This document shows positions 56,184 to 64,000 of a stretch of 64,000 bases of DNA, one piece after another. Source of the stretch: Schmidtea polychroa (taxonomy: Eukaryota); contig CM097885.1 in assembly GCA_044892525.1 (NCBI GenBank), forward strand, positions 207,142,001-207,206,000, given 5' to 3'. Below the pieces are notes generated by a model. It ran no database searches and was not told the DNA's origin. It was given only the letters and a program-made list of their open reading frames with translations. Position numbers and translations under genes: made by a program. Position 1 is the first letter of the stretch. Each line of letters begins with the position of its first letter.

Positions 56184-59100
56184 TTAAAACGAGTTATCAA
56201 ATAATAATATCCCTTTGCGGGAACTCTCGAATTTCAAATTTTAAAAAATTTGACCTTTACCTTAAAATATTTTACCTTGACCTACATATTTGACCTTGTA
56301 TGTGATCCAGCGGAGTCCTGATCAGACGGTGCCCTATCTATCTACTAATATTCACAATAATCTTTTTAAAGTTACAATCGCATTGCAACTACGAAAAAAT
56401 TTGAACTCAAATCAGTTTAATTTAATCAAAATACACAGTGCAATTCTTTGAAAAATTGTGCAATCTGAAAAATCAATTTTTTTTATTAAAAAAATCGATA
56501 TAATTAAAAAAAAATTTAAAAACAAAAAAATTAAAATTTCAACTATTACTTATGCAACAAAATAAAATTATTTCCCCACTTAATTATATTTATTAATTCG
56601 AAATTCTTCCCAAAAATGAAAAAAAAATTATTTTTGGTTACATTTTCCGGCGAGCAAAGCAAAATTCAGAACTTCAAATATTGACTTGACTTGAGATAAG
56701 AATAAAATTTTATTAAAAATTCTAAATTGCTGGCTTTTCATCAGCAATTGAAACGTTCATTCATAATTTATGAACATATATGGCACTTGTATCATAAAGA
56801 GCTATTTAGATAGCCCATTAAGCTATTACAAGTCTTGTCACCACTTGTACAGCGCACTACTGTAGGGCAGTATCCGAGCTATTTAGTTTTACAACAATCA
56901 CTAACAAAACGCTCTTTAGAAAGTAACCAGTTCATTAATTTTCAGAGCCATATTTTAGTGAAACTTCACCTCGGCACAAATTCTATACGATTAAAATATC
57001 TGTCTCTCTGTGTCGGATTCAACAGACCATATCATCGCAGTATTCTATAAGCCAGCACTCTCTCTGTGATGACCAGTGTCTCCAGCTGCAACAGATCGCC
57101 GACAAAGTGTATATATGGTGAGCGATCTTCTGTGAATGGCGCTAGTCTGATAAAACGACGCCAACAAGAGCGGGTTAACAATATAGCGAGCAATGAACCG
57201 CATCCGTTAGATAGAGCGTGGTCGTATTAGGTCTGTTGTTTTAGATAGCATTTTCATTTTTTGTTTTGTACACTTTCAACGGTCAGTAACGCTTGTTGGA
57301 CTGCATATGCGTAGAAAAACAAAACTGATAAATACCACCATATTGTCCACAAAAGCCCTTGATTTTGGCAAGTTTAAAACGCGGTGTATGACGCTTGGTA
57401 AAGATGTTTTCAACAATTAAGACCTAAAATTGACAAGCCATTGAAACATTTAAACGATTGACCAATCTAACTTTCAATGTTTTACAAATATGAACTTCAT
57501 TCTTTTTTTTAATTGTCATTTCTTTCATATATTTGCATACTTTTGTTTTAATTTGAACTTGCATTTAATAATGTAAAAAATAATTAAATATGAATGGCTA
57601 AGTTTTCCATTATAAGTGAAACATTCATTGAGTTACGTTTTAAGATTCAATTATAACTTTTTGTTTGAATTAATAGACATATAATATAATATGTCATTTA
57701 CAGATAATTTCAATAAGAATTTTATGGTCAATTTTTAATGAAACGGTAGAGCGGAACTGAAAGAAAAACTGGAAGGATGCACAAAATATTGAAAAATAAT
57801 TTAACGTTTTTTGTTTATAATAATATCAGAACTTAATGATTCTAATCAAGCTCGACTTTATGCTTAGTAGGACCTGTCAATGACTAGGAATGCTAAGATT
57901 TAGGATATCCACTTTCTGTTTTTAAAACAAACCTCGCAAGCCGGTCTCATATGAATCGTTTGAAAGTAGAAAAAGTAAAACGAATGATATAAAAAAATAC
58001 TGATACTGTCGAGATGTGGCGCAACCAGTAAATGTGGTCTAGGGATGTATATTTGCTTGAATCGACCTGGTACTAATAATTATTTGTTTCCTGTTTTGCA
58101 GTTCTATGAAACTTAAAAGAAAACACAAAATGGAGAAATGATCTCATTTGATATTCAACCCCTAAATACTGAGAGTATGTGCTTACATCCTCATGACATG
58201 ACACATTGGCTCAGAAATTGAGTTCCCTATCAACCTAACTACCTTTTTTGTTAAGAATGTTACGAATATAACCGAATTTGACAATGAACTATATTCACAA
58301 CTTTTCAAATACCTGTTTAATTAAGTGAAAGAAAAATGGTCAACCTTTATCGGTAGCGTCCCTAATGGTTCATATCAGAGTGCAAAACGCCATTTTTCAC
58401 ATTTGACTGTTACAACTTTAAAAAATCGCAAAATACTTTGAGCCAAATTAAACTTTGATAAGTTAAGGTCTGACTTTCAAAACGGAATGTTTCAGATTTA
58501 CAAAGTTATTGGGTTTCCCTAACATAGATGTCGTTGGTAAGTATTGGGTTTTGGTTATTTTATTTTCAAAATTTGGTAAACTTTTTAAAGAATGAAAAAT
58601 TTGTCAAAAAGTTTTGAATTTCTGCTCGATTTGTTTAGTGATTCAGTGTAATTATCTTGCAACTACCCGAAAAGTATTTATTTATTTATATATAAAATTG
58701 GATCTTTGATAGTTGGGCTGATCCGTCCCTTGGAAATTGTATATAAGAGCGCCCTATGACTAAAACATAAATTATGTGGGCACATCAAAATAAATTTCTT
58801 GAATGCAAGTGTGATGTCGCACTGTCACTGCAAGACGATTTCGTTTGCAAACTGGTTTGGGGATTTAAGAGATTTATAATTATTGTACAGATTTTGAATT
58901 AATGTGGAACGGCAGAGTTAGTTTAGATCAGTAGTGCCAAACCCAAATCAATCGAAGGGCCAAATTTTCGGAAAAATACTATCATGGGCCACAATAAATT
59001 CATTTAAATAAATATAACTCGTTTTTACGATTCTTAGAATCAATTTTTTAAATTAAAAACATGCTTAATTCGAATATGAATTCTAAAAAAGACAATTATT

Positions 59101-60443
59101 GATTTGATGTTTAAAATTGTGTCCGGGCCACCGGTTGGCCATCCAAACTTTAGATTAGCTAACTTTAAAGTTTTTAAAAAATATTCTTTATATTATCATA
59201 AAATTATTGATTTAAAAAATTTGCATTTTTCCCCAAAAATTTTATTGCCTATGACAGGTGGCGGCTCTGATAGTAGGGAAATTTTTTTTTGAAAGATCCT
59301 TTATATATTATAGTTTTGATTGGTAAATTTTTGCCTGTGTTAGACTTTGTTCATGCTTGATCGTATTATTATATTGGAGTCAGCCTAACTCAGCACAGTG
59401 AGATAAAGGAGTTCCTCTGACAATTTTCAAAAAAAAATTTTTTTACTCTTTCTGTCCCTATAAATTTTCGGTAATTCAACCATGAGAATGTTAATTATTG
59501 CAAAAATAATTCAATTAAAAAATTTTAAAAATTAAAAAACCACACAATCGTTCATTAAATATCCGAAAAACGAATATGAAAAAGACGATAAGCATCGAAA
59601 TCTTTGATATTCCATTCCGCAGTCATCGAAGTAATTGGAAATATAGAAACTTCCGGATATAATAAAATGCCAATGTTTTCCCATAGGTGTGGGGAAATGT
59701 AATTTTTCACATCAATTTTTGGAAAGTTTAAAATTGAAGTATTTTATTTAAGAAAGCGACCTCTCAAAATATTAAAGTTTTTGAAATTTTTCAAGTTGTA
59801 TTAAATAAAGAAAAATATTCGAAGTCATTTGACTGTGAAAAGAATTGTAAAATGCTGATTTTATAAATATTAATGTTGAGAAGTAAGAGAATTTTAAAAT
59901 TGTCCAGTACAAAATTCCAAGACCTTTCCACAATGAAGTAAAAAAACATACATATTGTTGTCTTTGCATATGTTCTGAAAAGCACGTTAAAATCTGTTGG
60001 TGTTATCATACTGAACCCATCGAAAAAACGGCTTACAAAACTTTTAAATTCTCAAAAACTGGAAGAAAAATATTCTAAGATAAATAAAAAATGTAAAATA
60101 TAAATTTTGATTTGTATAAAATCTTTTGAAGTTTTCAAATTTCTTTTGAAAAAAATTTAAAAATTTAAGAAAAGTTAAAATTTTGATTCTAAGCTTTCAA
60201 TTCAGTTCCAATTCGAATCTCTAGCGAAAATTTATATTTAAATAATTTTATTACAAAGTTTTGCAAAAAATTTCTAAATCGGGTTTCAAAATATATAAGT
60301 TTATTATTGTTTTAAGTATTGTTTTAATTATTGTTTTAATTATAGTTTTAATTATTGTTTTAATTATTGTTTTAATTATCTGTAATATATATAATATATA
60401 TAATTTTATATAATTTTATATAATATATATAATTTTTTCTATC

Positions 60444-62981
60444 CGGGGTTTCGAACCCTGTAATTTTTGGTTCGGGTTCGGGTTCGGGTTCGGGTTCGGG
60501 TTCGGGTTCAATACATTAAAATTTAGTAGGTTCGGTTCGAATGCAGGTTTGGGTTCAATTTTTTTTCCCAGAAAAAAATAATTATTTAAAAATAAATAAA
60601 AATAAAAATATTTTTATAAAATGTTTTATATTTATTTGATAAAAAATTTTCATTCAAACGTACAAAGTAAATATTTTTTAAAGATTCTGCAAAGAGATGT
60701 AATCTTTGTGGAGCTAAAACAAATTGCAGTGCAGAAAAGGCCCTCTCAACACTGACTTGAATTGCCGGAACAGCTAATATAAGCTGAGCACCTTCAAACA
60801 AAAGAGGAGTATGCATTATTTTTGTCACCAGAATTCTAAAATTTTTTTTCATTAGAAATTCTAGGATAGGCTTCATAAACTTCGAGTTCTTTTTAAATTG
60901 CAATATCAACAGTGGATTTGTTGTTAATATTTATTATTGATGATGTATTTTCTTTGCTCTTTAGCAACTCTTCTAGCATGTCTGATTCTTCATCTTCGGA
61001 ACTAGAAATTAAATTTGTGATGTTAACATTTTCAGTTTTGCATTCGCTAATACTTTGTGATCCCGTTTCTGATTCCTTATGTAAATATTTTAATCTTTTC
61101 ACGGTTGTTAAAATTTCGTTCTTAGCGTTGGCAATGTATTCATCATTTAATAGCAGTCTAAATATAGGATCAGCATTTAAAAGTTCATTACCAATAAACA
61201 ATTTTTCACGTCTACGAACATTTGTGTACAGATTGGAACCTAAATTTTTATGTTTTTGTTTTTCCAAATCAAACTAAAATTTCAACTATTGCCCATAAAA
61301 ATCTCCCAAATTCATTTGTTCATTTTGCAACTTTAATGTTATATTTTTAACGGCCTCGAAAATCTCAACGAAATCTGAAATAAATTCCCACATTTGGTCA
61401 CCCATAATTAGTTCAGCATCTATGACATCTAAGCAAGTTTTGTAATCTAATAAGCGGTAGAGCATATCGAAAGTGGAATTCCACCGAGTTGGACAATCAG
61501 GCATAGCCTTTTTTAAGCCTAATCTTTTGGCCAAAGAAGATTTATTATGATTCCTTAGCTTCCTAGAAAAATCTCTGCATTTAGTAATATTATGATTAGT
61601 AATATTATGAGCTACTAAGTAAGAGGCTGGATAAATATAATTTGTCTCTCACTAGTGATATCATATGCATTGTTACTGACTGTGCCAGTGTTATGGTAAA
61701 AGTTGGTAAATTTATCGCTCTAGAACAACAACTGTGTCTTGTTCATGGCATACAGCTTGCAGTTTTGAACGTTTTCTACAAAAAGAATTTTGTTCATGAA
61801 AATGACGACAAAGTTGAAATAGCAACAGACTTTGATGAAATACAGGACTCAAGCCAATCAGATTATAAAGAAGATATTTGTTTTCAAGAAGAATGTGGAG
61901 TTACTGTTGTAAATACACGGAGGCAGACCTGCTAGCCAATATTTCTCCAGCAATTGATAAAGTGCGAAGGACTGTTCGCATGTTCAAGCGACCCCTAACT
62001 AAAAATGACATCCTGCAGAAGTACAATTTAGAAGATCACGCAAAAGAGCTAAAGCTCCTTTTGAACTGTAAAACAAAATGGAGCATTTTATTCATTATAC
62101 TGGAACGTTGTAATTTTCTCAAGATTTCTACACAGAAATGTCTTATAGATTTGAAATATCCTATTTATTTCTCAAATGAAGAGCATAAAAGCATCCTCGA
62201 TATTATTTATAAATAATAACAAAATTCTACTAGGTTAATGCCAACGGGATCCCGGGCTCCCGGGATCAACAAAAACCAGTCCCGAAATCCCTGGATTGAA
62301 AAAAGGCTCCGGGATTGAGATCCCTAACTGTACCTAATTTAACGCAGGCATCAATGAAACATTTTAATGGCATATTAATTTTGATTAAATTACAATAATT
62401 TTCAATGGAAATGAAGTTTTTATTTTCCATTTTAAGTTTTTTAATGGTTTCAGATTTAGATGGTTGACTATTCATCCTTTCAGTAATAGTTCGATGTTCA
62501 TCAGGATGTTTTCGTTTGATATGGCGACCTATATTTGCAGTATACTTACCTTTCATAAAAAAAGAGCACTTGCTACATATAAACTGATCTTTGATAAAAA
62601 TATATTGAAAAAAATTTTTTACTGGATTTCCCAGCATTTACAGGTTAAAACAAATTTAAATTAAGCTAGTTTAAAAAAATAGTAACTGAATAAAAATGGT
62701 GTTAATTTGTACTTACCATAAATGTTTCTATTATAAATCGCACACAAAGGTGCAATTAATTACGCCCTACAATAATTTATAATTTCTATATAAATAAATT
62801 ATTATAACAATTTTACACAATCTCTATTTATTATCTATATAGATAATAATGGCTATTAAAAATTGAACCTGAATCGAATTTGTGGTTGGGTTCAAGTTTG
62901 GGTTCGGGTCCACAATATTTAAGAAAAATGTTGAATCAAAGCGAATTCCAGGTTCGGGTTCCGTTTTGGGTCCGAACCCGG
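60444..62981 (-). mobile_element. Decayed hAT transposon with BED finger, both ends present
   Basis: TIRs CGGGGTTTCGAACCC and (reverse complement) CCGGGTTCGGACCC. Exact 8-bp TSD TTTCTATC at 60436-60443 and 62982-62989. (GGTTCG)n subterminal repeats. Fragments CSKC..RHIKRKH, DCPTRWNSTFDML and VSVERAFSAL. Confidence 0.88.
61620..62326 (+). mobile_element. Fragment of a different hAT nested in the 60444-62981 element
   Basis: Terminus CCGGGATTGAGATCCCTA ends at 62326, where the host element resumes. Transposase fragments IVTDCASVM, CLVHGIQLAV and LLLNCKTKWS. The 5' end is lost. Confidence 0.7.
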
Positions 62982-64000
62982 TTTCTATCCTATCTCATAC
63001 ACTACATTTCAGTTGATAAAAACTACCCATTATAAAAAACATGTAAAATTGCCTGTGCATTGAAAATTAATTACCAGTTATCCTTGCCAATTTTTTTAGG
63101 TTTAAAGAAACATGCATACGCGGTACACGCAATTTCTATAATAAAACAAACATGCAAACAATCAATAAAATGAATCTGCTAAAAACGATATCTATTTTTA
63201 AGAGAATAAATTTGTTTAAATGAATTTGGAAAATATTTTCTACATTTGTACTCGAAGTAAATTTTCATTTTTGGAAAACGAAGAAAGAAAATCGTGAGTT
63301 TTAATTATTTATTAAAAAGAGCATGGAGACTATAAATCAGTAAATATATCGATGTTTTTTCGGCACTGCCTTTTTGTTTTTAAATTATTGGTACAAAATC
63401 ATTTTCATCATATTAAAAATTTGTTTACTAAAAAATATGTGATTGGCTTAATAAATTTTAAAATCTTGTTGACATTTATTTGATTTAGATATTTAATAAA
63501 TTTAACAATTAAAAATAAATTACATATTTTTGAAAAAACATTTCCATTAAAATTCATAAAAGTAATCAGAAAATAATTTAAATGTGAAATTTCCGAAATT
63601 TGATAAAAATTTTGACAATAATTTATAGCCAGTAGTTACTCAATTTTATATTTTGCAGCACGCTGTAGGAACAGTGAAATTGTTGAAATATATCGTAAAA
63701 AAAGGTTTAAGTGGCCATTTCTAATAATTAAATCATTGTCATGTTTATTTCATTATTTTTTGAAAAATATATCAATACTATTTTATTTTCATTTTTTTTC
63801 GGGCAATAAATCAATATAAAATAAAATATTGATTTATAGTCTGAATAGAAAATTTGAAAAATAGAAATTAAAATAAATCAATGTTGAAACGATAAAAGAA
63901 AGCAAAGACTTGAATTTTTTTTATTTGTCTCACGAATACAAATTTGAAACATGAAATGATTCCGACCAATTAGTGTTTATAATTGTTTGAATTGTATGAA

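Noticed and set aside
31004-56200. ORFs containing X runs (31004, 50916, 50969, 55982)
   Set aside because: They exist only because N gaps contain no stop codons.
56836-57351. Possible solo LTR (TGTCACCAC...TGTCCACA, GC-richer than its flanks)
   Set aside because: No 4-6-bp TSD, no second copy and no gag/pol nearby. Plausible but unsupported.
59394-59410. CACAGTG heptamer as a Transib/RSS-like terminus
   Set aside because: No partner TIR, TSD or nonamer was found. A 7-mer is expected by chance.
60474-60510. (GGTTCG)n as a telomeric repeat
   Set aside because: It is the subterminal repeat of the hAT element at 60444-62981, mirrored by GAACCY repeats at 33780-33830.
42782-62664. Antisense or alternative-frame ORFs over transposases (34097, 42782, 44076, 44607, 44732, 48128, 60912, 62464)
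   Set aside because: They are shadow ORFs of transposase coding sequence with no independent motif support.

Overview
AT-rich eukaryotic genomic DNA, probably from an invertebrate animal (inferred from HOIL-1-like genes, 36-53 bp minimal introns and the transposon set; the species cannot be identified from sequence alone). There are three N gaps. Two multi-exon genes, reconstructed by hand and largely missed by the ORF track, sit head-to-head with start codons 440 bp apart: 9350 on the minus strand and 9791 on the plus strand. Both encode HOIL-1/RBCK1-like RBR E3 ligases with a duplicated RING1-IBR-RING1-IBR-RING2 architecture. Intron 2 of the plus-strand gene (19.6 kb) holds a 16,050-bp non-coding foldback element (13868-29917). 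It has Maverick/Polinton-type AGTAG...CTACT ends, a 6-bp TSD (TTTATT), arms of about 7.7 and 7.5 kb, and a 0.9-kb spacer. A decayed Maverick-type DNA polymerase B lies at about 54.4-55.95 kb. The rest is largely DNA transposons: an intact Buster hAT (648 aa) nested in an intact pogo element (432 aa), decayed hAT, Tc1/mariner and Zator copies, and several MITEs. There is also a collapsed RACK1 pseudogene. All motif and identity statements come from reading by eye, not from database searches.
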